Source: an uncultured Chloroflexia bacterium
GTDB taxonomy: Bacteria > Chloroflexota > Anaerolineae > Anaerolineales > Anaerolineaceae
Assembly: GCA_963701225.1 (NCBI GenBank)
Contig: OY969578.1
Coordinates: forward strand, 1,496,871 to 1,560,870
Length of the DNA stretch: 64,000 nucleotides
Direction: 5' to 3'
The position numbers and the translations under genes are program-made. Shown one piece after another: positions 19,776 to 28,324 of this stretch. Below the pieces are notes generated by a model. That model saw only the letters and a program-made list of their open reading frames with translations. It made no database searches and was not told the DNA's origin. The first letter of the stretch is position 1, and each line of letters starts with the position of its first letter.

Positions 19776-20300
19776 ATGACTACCAAAAAGCAAAAAGATG
19801 CCGCGCAGGCAAACATCAGGAAAGCCCAACAGAAATGGCAGGAAATGACACCCCGGCAACGAGCTTTAGCCCAACCTGAAGGAAGAAAGCGCGCCAAACC
19901 GGGTACGAAAGGGGAAGGCGACTACTTCCGGATTATTGTCCGACCGAAGGATGAATTTTCCACGTTCCGCTACCAGGATGTCGGTGAAAAGGGTCATATC
20001 CTGCGCCTGGCCGGCAAGAGAAGCAGCGGGTCCTGGGATACGCATGCCTGGCTCATCGGCAAACAGGATGCCCATCTTGAAGGCGATACATTGATTGCCG
20101 ATAACGAGGATGCCCGAAAGGTGATCGGAACTCTGGGATCAATACCCAGGCACATTAAGGGAGACATCTTCGAAGCGAAGGACAGACCCAATGTCCCTGA
20201 GCGAATAAAGCCAACCGAGGCACAACAGAGAGCCTGGTCCGAGAATATAAAAAAAGCCCAACAGGCTCGCCGGACGGGCACACCCTCAAAGAAGGCTTGA
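19776..20300 (+). CDS. hypothetical basic protein
   Basis: A 174-aa ORF with K/R/Q-rich termini (MTTKKQKDAAQANIRKAQQKW.. and ..IKKAQQARRTGTPSKKA). I recognised no family. Confidence 0.5.
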   Translation: MTTKKQKDAAQANIRKAQQKWQEMTPRQRALAQPEGRKRAKPGTKGEGDYFRIIVRPKDEFSTFRYQDVGEKGHILRLAGKRSSGSWDTHAWLIGKQDAHLEGDTLIADNEDARKVIGTLGSIPRHIKGDIFEAKDRPNVPERIKPTEAQQRAWSENIKKAQQARRTGTPSKKA

Positions 20301-20661
20301 ACTGCTCCTTTCGATGCGTGCTGTCCACCTACGCAACCCGAGGTTGTGCTACGCGATGGATACTTTCGCTGCTCACCTGCCCCCTTCAGGGGGCTAAGCT
20401 TCGCTACGTTCCCCAAGGCTCCCCGAGGGAATGCTTCGCGAGAAATGCTCCGCGAGGAGTGCCAGGCAAGGAGTGTTACGGAACCCCCCATACAGGAAGC
20501 TACGCTTAAGGGGGCTACGCTCCGCTCCGTCCCCCGAGGGGATGCTGGTGCGAGGAGTGCTGCGCAACCCCCCATACAGGTAGCTACACTTCGGGGGGCA
20601 ATACTGAGAACGGTTCGCCCCCCAAAAAAGGGGGGCTAACGCAGCTCTTGATAGGGAGAAG
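20301..20661 (+). repeat. GC-rich hairpin-rich intergenic repeat, copy A (with an internal ~85-nt duplication)
   Basis: Shares ..TGCTCACCTGC(C/A)CCCTTCAGGGGGCT..CTTCGCTACGTTCCCCAAG(G/A)CTCCCCGAGG.. and GTGCT(N)CGCGAGG words with 22433-22665 and 30938-31103. Contains the hairpins GCCCCC-TTCA-GGGGGC and GCCCCCC-AAAAAA-GGGGGGC. Ends in the box TTGATAGGGAGAAG. Confidence 0.7.
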
Positions 20662-20716
20662 TTTTGGGTGTTAATCACCCGTAAACGCTTGACATCCGGG
20701 ATAAGATCAATAAAAT
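20648..20716 (+). promoter_or_regulatory. purine box plus sigma70-like promoter module (upstream of the ADH gene)
   Basis: Box TTGATAGGGAGAAG (20648-20661), 27 nt, TTGACA (20689-20694), 16 nt, TAAAAT (20711-20716). Confidence 0.45.
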
Positions 20717-20780
20717 GAGCATAGAGATAATCATTCTGCATGAATCGATAGTATTGTAACGTCAATCGATTGAGGTAATT

Positions 20781-21803
20781 ATGAAACAGGCAGTCATGAT
20801 TGCTCCCGGTCAGATTGAGTTCCGGGAAATTGAGCGCCCAAAACCGCTTCCTCAGGAAATCCTGATCGAGGTCAAGCGGATTGGAATTTGTGGTTCGGAT
20901 ATCCATGTCTATCACGGGCTTCATCCATACACCAGTTACCCGATCGTCCAGGGTCATGAAGTCTCGGGGGTGATTGCAGAAATCGGTGGAGGTGTGACCG
21001 GTTTTGGCAAAGGTGAACAAGTTGTTTTTATGCCCCAGATATTCTGTGGAACCTGTTATTCCTGCCGAAACCATATGGAGCATATCTGTGATCAATTGAA
21101 GGTGATGGGTTTTCAGGTCAATGGCGCCGCCCAGGAATACTTTTCTATACCCGCCGGCAAGGTATTGAAAGCCCCTGCCAATATTACTCTTGATCAGGCT
21201 GCCATGATCGAACCGCTTTCGGTAGCCATCCATGCGCTTTCGCGCTTTGGTGATGTGGGCGGGAAAAATGTAATTGTGCTCGGAGCCGGGACGATCGGGA
21301 ACCTGGTCGCCCAGGTTGCGCGATCGCTTGGTGCTTCCAAAGTTCTGATCACCGATATCAGCGAATTCAAGCTTGCTTTGGCGCGTGCATGCGGTATTTC
21401 ATTGACGGTCAATTCCAACCGGGTAAACCTGGGGGATGAGTTAATGAAGGCGTTTGGTCCTGATAAAGCCGATGTGATCCTCGAATGTGTCGGTTCGCAG
21501 GATACCATCAGCCAGGCGATTGAACATGCCCGGAAGGGATCGGTCATTGTGGTGGTTGGAGTCTTTGGTAAAAAACCATGCATCGATCTGGGTTTGGTCC
21601 AGGACCGTGAGTTGACCATAACCGGGACACTCATGTACCAGAAGAAGGATTATGAATGTGCTGTTCAATTGATCTCGCAAGGCTTACTCAACCTGGATAC
21701 GATGATCACCCACCGCTTTCCTTTCAGTGACTATCCTCAAGCTTACCGTGAGATTGAGGAGTTGGGTGGGGATTACCTTAAAGTGATGATTGAAATGCAA
21801 TAA
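20781..21803 (+). CDS. zinc-dependent alcohol dehydrogenase (MDR family, threonine/sorbitol dehydrogenase-like)
   Basis: Has GICGSDIHVYHG, GHEVSG, a structural-zinc Cys cluster (CGTCYSCRNHMEHIC) and a Rossmann GAGTIGN motif. Confidence 0.85.
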   Translation: MKQAVMIAPGQIEFREIERPKPLPQEILIEVKRIGICGSDIHVYHGLHPYTSYPIVQGHEVSGVIAEIGGGVTGFGKGEQVVFMPQIFCGTCYSCRNHMEHICDQLKVMGFQVNGAAQEYFSIPAGKVLKAPANITLDQAAMIEPLSVAIHALSRFGDVGGKNVIVLGAGTIGNLVAQVARSLGASKVLITDISEFKLALARACGISLTVNSNRVNLGDELMKAFGPDKADVILECVGSQDTISQAIEHARKGSVIVVVGVFGKKPCIDLGLVQDRELTITGTLMYQKKDYECAVQLISQGLLNLDTMITHRFPFSDYPQAYREIEELGGDYLKVMIEMQ

Positions 21804-21915
21804 AAGGGGAGGGAAGAGGAAGAACTTTATTACACTACATACTGTTTATAGGCTGTTATACTATTGCTTATCGGTCATTACATCGAAAATGTTTTAACGT
21901 ACAAGGAGGTTGATC

Positions 21916-22404
21916 ATGAAGACCTTTGTGATCGTGATTATGATTTTGGGTGGCCTGGTGTTGCTGATAGGGGCTGTTTTAAAGTGGGAATGGATGCTTA
22001 GAACTCGTCGATCCAGAGATATCGTCCAAAAATTAGGTATCGAACGAGGAAGGATCATTTATGGAGTGATCGGTGGTTTATTGGTCATCGTCGCTCTCGC
22101 CCTGATCCTATTTCCACAAGTCAGTCAACCTTTTACAGGGAAACCAGATGCATTGGCGATATTATCGGTGGAACCAGACGGTTGTACTGTGACGCGTTCC
22201 GAAGTGGCTGGAATGTCATCGAATAAAAACCTTCTATGGCGGATAACGAATCAGAACTTTGAGACAGTTGCCTTCCAGAGTGCCGATGATGGTTTTTCGT
22301 ACAGGTACGATCATTCCGGAATATATGATGTGGTCCTTCAGGTCTGGTACAACGGCAATTATGTGACGATCAGCAACAAGGTGGAGATCAACTGTACGTC
22401 ATAA
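21916..22404 (+). CDS. membrane-anchored hypothetical protein with a beta-rich C-terminal domain
   Basis: An AAGGAGG RBS lies 6 nt before ATG 21916 (the track starts at TTG 21910). There are two N-terminal hydrophobic helices. The C-terminal ..YDHSGIYDVVLQVWYNGNYVTISNKVEI is PKD/Ig-like by eye. Confidence 0.5.
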   Translation: MKTFVIVIMILGGLVLLIGAVLKWEWMLRTRRSRDIVQKLGIERGRIIYGVIGGLLVIVALALILFPQVSQPFTGKPDALAILSVEPDGCTVTRSEVAGMSSNKNLLWRITNQNFETVAFQSADDGFSYRYDHSGIYDVVLQVWYNGNYVTISNKVEINCTS

Positions 22405-22432
22405 ACTCGCTGCCCACATTCCGGTCATATTT

Positions 22433-22665
22433 GCTTAAGGGAGGAAGATATTTTGGGTTGGAGGGCTGTACTTCGTTGCGTTCTCCTTTAGATTGCTACG
22501 TTGCTCACCTGCACCCTTCAGGGGGCTGCGCTTCGCTACGTTCCCCAAGACTCCCCGAGGCTCCCCTAGGGAGTGCTTCGCGAGGAGTGCTACGAGACGT
22601 GAGCTACGGAACCCCCTACACTTCGTTTCGGGGGCGCAAAGAGCGCGGTTCGTGAAAGGGAGAGG
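22433..22665 (+). repeat. GC-rich hairpin-rich intergenic repeat, copy B
   Basis: Homologous to copy A over about 200 nt. It is bracketed by two box copies: TTAAGGGAGGAAG-atat-TTTGGGT at 22434.. and GTGAAAGGGAGAGG at 22652-22665. Confidence 0.7.
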
Positions 22666-22720
22666 TTCCATTATTAAATCGCCAAAAAGCACTTGACCTT
22701 TTGAGTAATAAAAATAAATC
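22652..22720 (+). promoter_or_regulatory. purine box plus sigma70-like promoter module
   Basis: GTGAAAGGGAGAGG (22652-22665), 27 nt, TTGACC (22693-22698), 16 nt, TAAATC (22715-22720). Confidence 0.45.
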
Positions 22721-22785
22721 TGGTGTAAACTGAAATAGGACCGTCTATCAAGAGACTGGATAATCAAGAGGTTGTCACTATCTCT

Positions 22786-23484
22786 GTGAAGCGAATGAAT
22801 ATGAACAAAAAGCTCCTCGCCCTCTATATCCTGGATCAGATCCTCAGTCTGATCGGCGCGGGCGTGGCGCTGTTCTGGTCGGCCGGGCGGATTGACTGGT
22901 GGTCCGCCTGGGCTGCCATCGCTGTGTGGTTGGTTTGGTTTATGGCGATGGATATCATCCTCCTGCGCACAAACCCGGACCTGATGGCCGAGCGCCTGTC
23001 TCCTCCCAGGGGAGCTAAAGGCTGGGACCGTGCCATCGTGAGCATCCTGCGCCTGACGCAGTTGGTGCGCTATATTCTCGCCGGGCTCGATCAGCGTTAT
23101 GGCTGGACGGGTGGCTTTCCCGTAGCTGCCCAAATAACCGGTCTGACGGCTTGTGTCCTGGGCTACGCCTTTTTTGGATGGGCGATGGCCAGCAATACCT
23201 TTTTCTCACAGATCGCGCGCATACAGTCCGAGCGTGGTCACACTGTCGCCACCAATGGTCCGTATCATTTTGTGCGCCATCCGTCTTACGTCGGCGGAAT
23301 CCTGTTCGAGCTGGGCATGGGCGTCCTGCTGGCATCCTGGTGGGCAATACTTGCCGGCGCTGTATGCGCGTTCCTGCTCATACTGCGCACTGCGCTCGAA
23401 GATCGCACCTTGCAGGCCGAGTTGACCGATTATCGGGAGTATGCGCGCCAGGTGCGTTATCGCCTGATACCGGGTATCTGGTGA
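22786..23484 (+). CDS. isoprenylcysteine carboxyl methyltransferase (ICMT)-family membrane methyltransferase
   Basis: Polytopic, with ..GPYHFVRHPSYVGGILFELG.. (the RHPxY motif). The start is uncertain (GTG 22786, ATG 22795 or ATG 22801). Confidence 0.65.
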   Translation: MKRMNMNKKLLALYILDQILSLIGAGVALFWSAGRIDWWSAWAAIAVWLVWFMAMDIILLRTNPDLMAERLSPPRGAKGWDRAIVSILRLTQLVRYILAGLDQRYGWTGGFPVAAQITGLTACVLGYAFFGWAMASNTFFSQIARIQSERGHTVATNGPYHFVRHPSYVGGILFELGMGVLLASWWAILAGAVCAFLLILRTALEDRTLQAELTDYREYARQVRYRLIPGIW

Positions 23485-23581
23485 TCAAATAGAGGAACAT
23501 CCTTAAAGTAGCTTGCCATCTCACCGGCTCTTTATGGGGGAGCTACGCATAGTTCATGAGGCGGGGATTACCAATAATTGC

Positions 23582-23609
23582 TTGACAATTAGCTCAATCT
23601 AAGTACAAT
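23582..23609 (+). promoter_or_regulatory. sigma70-like promoter
   Basis: TTGACA (23582-23587), 16 nt, TACAAT (23604-23609), with an AT-rich upstream region. A degenerate box (ATGAGGCGGGGATT) lies 13 nt upstream. Confidence 0.4.
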
Positions 23610-23718
23610 ATAAATTAAAATTATTATGATTATCACATTCAATAGAATAGTTTGTTAGGTTTAAATTATTATGGTGAGTGTCAACTGGTAGGGGCATTTG
23701 CGAAAAGGAGAAAATGAC

Positions 23719-24045
23719 ATGCAAAACCTAAATAATCTTTTCACACTGGAAAGCCTACTCAGTCTGCAGGGATCAGCCGCTGCGGCAATTCTAGTTCCCA
23801 ATGTGCTTTCCAGTGTGATTGGGGAAAAATTTAAACCCATTAAAAAGGTACTGGCTTTTATCCTCGCCATGCTGCTGGCATACCTGGTCGCCGCCCTGGC
23901 TGCAGAAACGGGATGGCTGAAATGGATACTGGCATTCTTCAATGGCTGCCTGGTCTATGCCTCTGCCGTTGGCATCAATGAATCGGTCAATGCAACCACA
24001 CCGACCAGGAAGGGGACCCGGAAGTTCTTTGAATCCTGGTTTTAA
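23719..24045 (+). CDS. small membrane protein (2-3 TM)
   Basis: An AAGGAG RBS lies 8 nt before ATG 23719 (the track starts at 23698). Hydrophobic segments are AAAAILVPNVLSSVI, VLAFILAMLLAYLVAALA and WILAFFNGCLVYASAV. Confidence 0.45.
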   Translation: MQNLNNLFTLESLLSLQGSAAAAILVPNVLSSVIGEKFKPIKKVLAFILAMLLAYLVAALAAETGWLKWILAFFNGCLVYASAVGINESVNATTPTRKGTRKFFESWF

Positions 24046-24191
24046 TTATAGAAGCTAAACCGTAATACGACATTTACCCGGGTGATCGCAGGACAAGTAT
24101 CGGATAACATATCGAGCAAACGGCACAGGGCAAGACAGCATAACCCCCGGGTAAATGATGGTGGTACATCAGGGTGTAAAGGAGGTTGCAG

Positions 24192-25856
24192 ATGCGTAAC
24201 AAGGTAGCGGGTGTTGTAACCGTCCGGGCGATCAGCGGGACACATGTGGTTTTCCTGGCCTTCAGCATGAAGGAATCCGACGCAAAGGATCTGATGGGAT
24301 TTGCGATCCAGCGGACCGACCTGACGGAAAAAGAAACCTGGTGGCTGAAAGGCAACAAAACGTTCGCAAGTATTCGACCGTCCACCGGCATAGAAGATGC
24401 CAGCAGTCATGAGCATCCCTTCCAGGCGTTTCAGTGGGCAGATTATTCGGCCAAGCCCGGTTATCGTTATTCCTACCGGGTGATACCCATGGTCGGAAAA
24501 CCGGGAGAATTAACCGAGAAAACGGCTACCGTCATTACCATCGATACGGAACCGCTGTCGGGCTCCACCCATGACGTCTATTTCAATCGTGGCGCGATTG
24601 CTTCGCAAGCTTTCACCTATCGTTATCCGGGAAAAAGCCTCGAGCAGGCCGGTCAGCCCGCTTATGACTGGCTGACCCGCGATCTGCTACCCGGTTTGCT
24701 CGACTTCATCGCTCAGGCCAGGGACAACAGCTACAGCTTGCGCGCCGCAATCTACGAACTGAAATGGGATAAAGCGCTTGCAGCCTTCAAAGCAGCCTCC
24801 AACGCCGGCGCTGACGTCAAGATCATCTACCATGCAAAGGATGATGCCACCGGGCAGGAAAACGAAAAGCAAATCAAGGCTGCGGGAATAAGCGCGCTGT
24901 GTGTGCCGCGCAGGAATGCCAAACTGATGCATAACAAGTTCATCGTGCTCAGCCAGGCCGGTAATCCTGTTTCGGTATGGACCGGTTCCACCAATTTGAG
25001 TTGCAATGCCTTTTTCGGTCAGCTGAACGTGGGACACACGATTCATGACCCCCAGATCGCCGGTGCCTACCTCGCGTACTGGACTGCATTACAAGCAGAT
25101 CCGGTTGGCAAGGACCTCAAAGACTGGGCAGAGATCAACAATGCGCTGCCACCCGCCAATGAGACAGATCCCATTACCCCGGTGTTTTCCCCGCATCGCG
25201 GGCGGGGTGTTTTTGACTGGTGGATCGCACTGGCAGGCATGCCCGACAAGCCTCTTTTCATGACCTTTCCTTTCGGCATCGTGCAGGATTTCCGGCCGGT
25301 TTTCGACAGGAACGACAAGGCACTGCGGTTCGCCCTGTTGGATAAGTATGTAAATGGAGGAAACGCAGCCTCACGTGCAGCCGCCGTCGCCGACATCGAG
25401 CGCATCCGCCGCTATCCCAACATCGGTCTGGCACTGGGCGAGCGCATTTACGTGGATTGGATCGACGGCTGGCACAAGGAAAACAGCCCGCTGGGTGTCA
25501 ATGTCAACTGGGTGCATACCAAGTTCATGCTCATTGATCCGTTGGGCAGCCGGCCGGTGACGCTGACCGGCTCGGCCAACTGGAGCGAGCCGAGCGTGAA
25601 CACCAATGACGAAAATATGGTGGTCATCCGCGGGGACAGTCGCGTGGCGGATATCTATTTCGGTGAGTTCATGCGCATCTTTGCCCACCACCGCTTTAGG
25701 GAATCCGTGACCCGCTATTTGAAGCGATACGGCAAGGATTTCACCAATTTCTGGAAGCCGCAGGACCTGTTCGAAGATCCGACCCTATGGGTGCCGAAGC
25801 ATTTTAAGACCGGATCAGAGTATGACATCAAGCGGCGTTATTTTGCGGATGAATAA
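24192..25856 (+). CDS. phospholipase D-superfamily (two HKD motifs) protein with an N-terminal beta-sandwich-like domain
   Basis: An AAGGAGG RBS lies 6 nt before ATG 24192. The HKD motifs are LMHNKFIVLS..GSTNLS and VHTKFMLIDP..GSANWS. Confidence 0.8.
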   Translation: MRNKVAGVVTVRAISGTHVVFLAFSMKESDAKDLMGFAIQRTDLTEKETWWLKGNKTFASIRPSTGIEDASSHEHPFQAFQWADYSAKPGYRYSYRVIPMVGKPGELTEKTATVITIDTEPLSGSTHDVYFNRGAIASQAFTYRYPGKSLEQAGQPAYDWLTRDLLPGLLDFIAQARDNSYSLRAAIYELKWDKALAAFKAASNAGADVKIIYHAKDDATGQENEKQIKAAGISALCVPRRNAKLMHNKFIVLSQAGNPVSVWTGSTNLSCNAFFGQLNVGHTIHDPQIAGAYLAYWTALQADPVGKDLKDWAEINNALPPANETDPITPVFSPHRGRGVFDWWIALAGMPDKPLFMTFPFGIVQDFRPVFDRNDKALRFALLDKYVNGGNAASRAAAVADIERIRRYPNIGLALGERIYVDWIDGWHKENSPLGVNVNWVHTKFMLIDPLGSRPVTLTGSANWSEPSVNTNDENMVVIRGDSRVADIYFGEFMRIFAHHRFRESVTRYLKRYGKDFTNFWKPQDLFEDPTLWVPKHFKTGSEYDIKRRYFADE

Positions 25857-26071
25857 AAACCTTCCGAGTGTGGATAACAACTTGTTTGCCGGGATTCGTG
25901 TCGCTCAACTCGGCCTGCCATACCTTCTGTCACTTGTCTTGGAGGCACTGTAATGCCAGATAGGAATGGATTAATTTATTGGAATAGTCTTTAGATTTAT
26001 CGATGATCGACCCGAGCAAGTTGAATGGATAATTACGCATCCAGGAATGATGTAATAAATCCGGGCATGAT

Positions 26072-26296
26072 ATGCATTATCCAACCGCATTAACCAATCG
26101 AGAATTGGAAGTGTTGACACTGGTGGCACAGGGGAAAAATAATCGACAAATAGCCGAAAAATTGTTAATTACGATTCGAACAGTTAAATACCATACCGGT
26201 AACATCTATAGCAAGATAGGTTGCAGATCCCGGTGGGAGGCGATCGCCTGGGTTTGGGCAAATGAGCGTACCAATAGGCAGATGGATGACATCTAG
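26072..26296 (+). CDS. stand-alone LuxR/GerE-type HTH transcription regulator (74 aa)
   Basis: Contains LTNRELEVLTLVAQGKNNRQIAEKLLITIRTVKYHTGNIYSKIG. There is no receiver or ligand domain and no obvious RBS. Confidence 0.7.
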   Translation: MHYPTALTNRELEVLTLVAQGKNNRQIAEKLLITIRTVKYHTGNIYSKIGCRSRWEAIAWVWANERTNRQMDDI

Positions 26297-26512
26297 GACT
26301 GTACCTTGGTACGTTGTTTTTCCCAAGCCGCCATATCTATAATAATTATTATTCATTGAACGTTATTGGCGTTTAATCAATGGTTATTGGCAAGGGAATG
26401 ATTCATTTTTTACCTATAACATTTTATATTGATTGGTTGTTTGAATTGAAAATTGTGGATATCCTGTTGTTTGGTCATGGGATGGAAATAAAATCCAACA
26501 AGGAGGTGCTTT

Positions 26513-28003
26513 ATGAGTACTCTTGTGCTATTCCGTAGAATCGACATATTTCTGTTTGTCTTTTTACTGGTAATTCTGAGTTGTGTACCGAATCCCACGG
26601 TCTCTCCAGCCACACCTGCAACAACTTTCCTAGCTATGAATCCGCCTCCCGATTCGGACAAAGGTTTTCCCGTGGCTTCGGGGAACAACTCCTGCTGGAT
26701 GCATACCGCATCCAATATGCTGGCCGGTGCCGGCTTTGGCACCGGAACGACGGTACAGGACCGGGCAGAAGATATTTTCGCTGATATGAGCGCAGTATGG
26801 ACGGCTAATGATAGTCTTCTTGGAGGCTGGCCCCAGTCGGCGATCCAATGGTGGCTGGCTTCGGCCAATAATACCTGGACATCCAATCCCTACACGGTCG
26901 TCACTGTCCTCGGAGGTTTGGGTTGCGTTCCCTGGGCTGACACGAATGGTGCCCAAACCATAGGCAATGAGCTTCGCGACTTCAACATGGTTGGGCTTGC
27001 CATTCGATGGCCCAATGGTGTATCAGTATACGGGTGTAATGGTGGTCATGCCATTACCGGATGGGGGGATGAAAATCCCAGTATGAATCCACTCACCGCC
27101 AATCCTGCTGAAATACATGTCACCGACTCAGACACCGATGCCGGGGGCGATGTTCAGGCTTATGTCTACGATGCTTACACCAATCCCAATCCGAGCGGCG
27201 ACGATGAAGGCAATGGCTGGTACTTCAACTACGGCAACAGCAACAATCACGCCTATATCATCAATGCCGTCACTCTGAGCCCAACCAGCGGTGTATACGG
27301 AGTAAACACCGTACGGGTTCTGGGTTCTTATAAGATCCTGCAAAACCTGGAGCAGGAAGCCAGTGATCTCCACTACCTGGTTGGTACCGATGTGGATATC
27401 CTGACCTACAGGACGTGGCTCGACTGGGAGGGTACTCCCTCCATAACTGAAAATCAACCACGCCGGGAGTTGACGGTGGACTGGGATTTTTCGAAGTTTA
27501 AAATGATACCTCAAAACACCTGGGTGACGATCAGCACCGAATTCATCGAGCCATATTGGAATTCAATCCGGTATCGGAACGTATACTTCACCTATCCAGA
27601 CATGCGAGGTTCATTACTTCCGGATCTGGCATGGGAGATCGAGACGCCTGTGATAGACAGGGCAGAGTTAATACCGAGTGTCACCGGCGGTTACGTGATC
27701 GGTAGCTTTGACATTGCTACCGAAAAATCTCCCGATATACCAATCGCCCGCTATCGGTTGGTGCACCAGTATCTTTACAACCAATCGCCGGAATTCCACA
27801 CATTCACCGTTTCCGGCAGCCCCGGATTCGTGATCAGCGACTTGCTTTTTGGCCACAGCTATGGTTACCCCACGGAAGAAGAACTGTGGAGATTTGAAAA
27901 TTGGATGAACAAGCAGGGCGAAACGGTTTCTCTGGGAACAGAACCGGTGAAGATCACCATCGACTGGAAAGGATTATTGCCTTACCCCGAGGGGTTGAAG
28001 TAA
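26513..28003 (+). CDS. lipoprotein with an IdeS/Mac-1-like (papain-fold) cysteine peptidase domain plus a ~270-aa uncharacterised C-terminal region
   Basis: AAGGAGG RBS upstream and a lipobox (LVILSC). Motifs are ..NNSCWMHTASNML.. (Cys), ..NGGHAITGWGD.. (His) and ..IHVTDSDTD.. (Asp). Their order and spacing match IdeS (..CGAATAGNMLHWW.., ..NHVINLWG.., ..IYVTDSDSN..) as I recall it. Confidence 0.55.
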   Translation: MSTLVLFRRIDIFLFVFLLVILSCVPNPTVSPATPATTFLAMNPPPDSDKGFPVASGNNSCWMHTASNMLAGAGFGTGTTVQDRAEDIFADMSAVWTANDSLLGGWPQSAIQWWLASANNTWTSNPYTVVTVLGGLGCVPWADTNGAQTIGNELRDFNMVGLAIRWPNGVSVYGCNGGHAITGWGDENPSMNPLTANPAEIHVTDSDTDAGGDVQAYVYDAYTNPNPSGDDEGNGWYFNYGNSNNHAYIINAVTLSPTSGVYGVNTVRVLGSYKILQNLEQEASDLHYLVGTDVDILTYRTWLDWEGTPSITENQPRRELTVDWDFSKFKMIPQNTWVTISTEFIEPYWNSIRYRNVYFTYPDMRGSLLPDLAWEIETPVIDRAELIPSVTGGYVIGSFDIATEKSPDIPIARYRLVHQYLYNQSPEFHTFTVSGSPGFVISDLLFGHSYGYPTEEELWRFENWMNKQGETVSLGTEPVKITIDWKGLLPYPEGLK

Positions 28004-28162
28004 GGATCGAGACCTGTGGGTCGTGCTTCAGCAGAGGATTTCAACAGGGTTGGCGGAAAGGTAGAAACCGCAAACCCTGTATTATTATGGAATACAACAT
28101 AGTTGAAAGTAACCTGGTCGCCGCCACACCTGCGTTCCCTATGCCCCAATGCTTCGCAGTGC

Positions 28163-28324
28163 TTCCGCGAATCCGTTGACCTTTATATGAAGCAATACGG
28201 CAAGGATTTCGTCAACTTCTGGGAGCCGCAGGACCTGTTCGAAGGTTGGAGCATCTAAGTGCTGCTGCAATCCAAGCCAGGCTCGGGCGAGGACATCTAG
28301 CGGTGTTATTTCGCCGATGAGTAG
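28163..28324 (+). pseudogene. relic of the 3' end of a second PLD gene
   Basis: The DNA is colinear with 25700-25856. It reads ..KQYGKDFVNFWEPQDLFEGWSI*VLLQSKPGSGEDI*RCYFADE*, against KRYGKDFTNFWKPQDLFEDPTLWVPKHFKTGSEYDIKRRYFADE* in the intact gene. Confidence 0.6.

Noticed and set aside
20297-20639. ORFs inside the GC-rich repeats (20297-20509, 20346-20639, 22431-22655, 22493-22696, 30960-31157, and antisense 19994-20575, 20394-21233, 22435-23133)
   Set aside because: Similarity between copies is at the nucleotide level, with frame-breaking indels and a 14-nt repeat period. These ORFs have no RBS and low-complexity R/A/S/P-rich translations. The antisense ORFs overlap well-supported genes.
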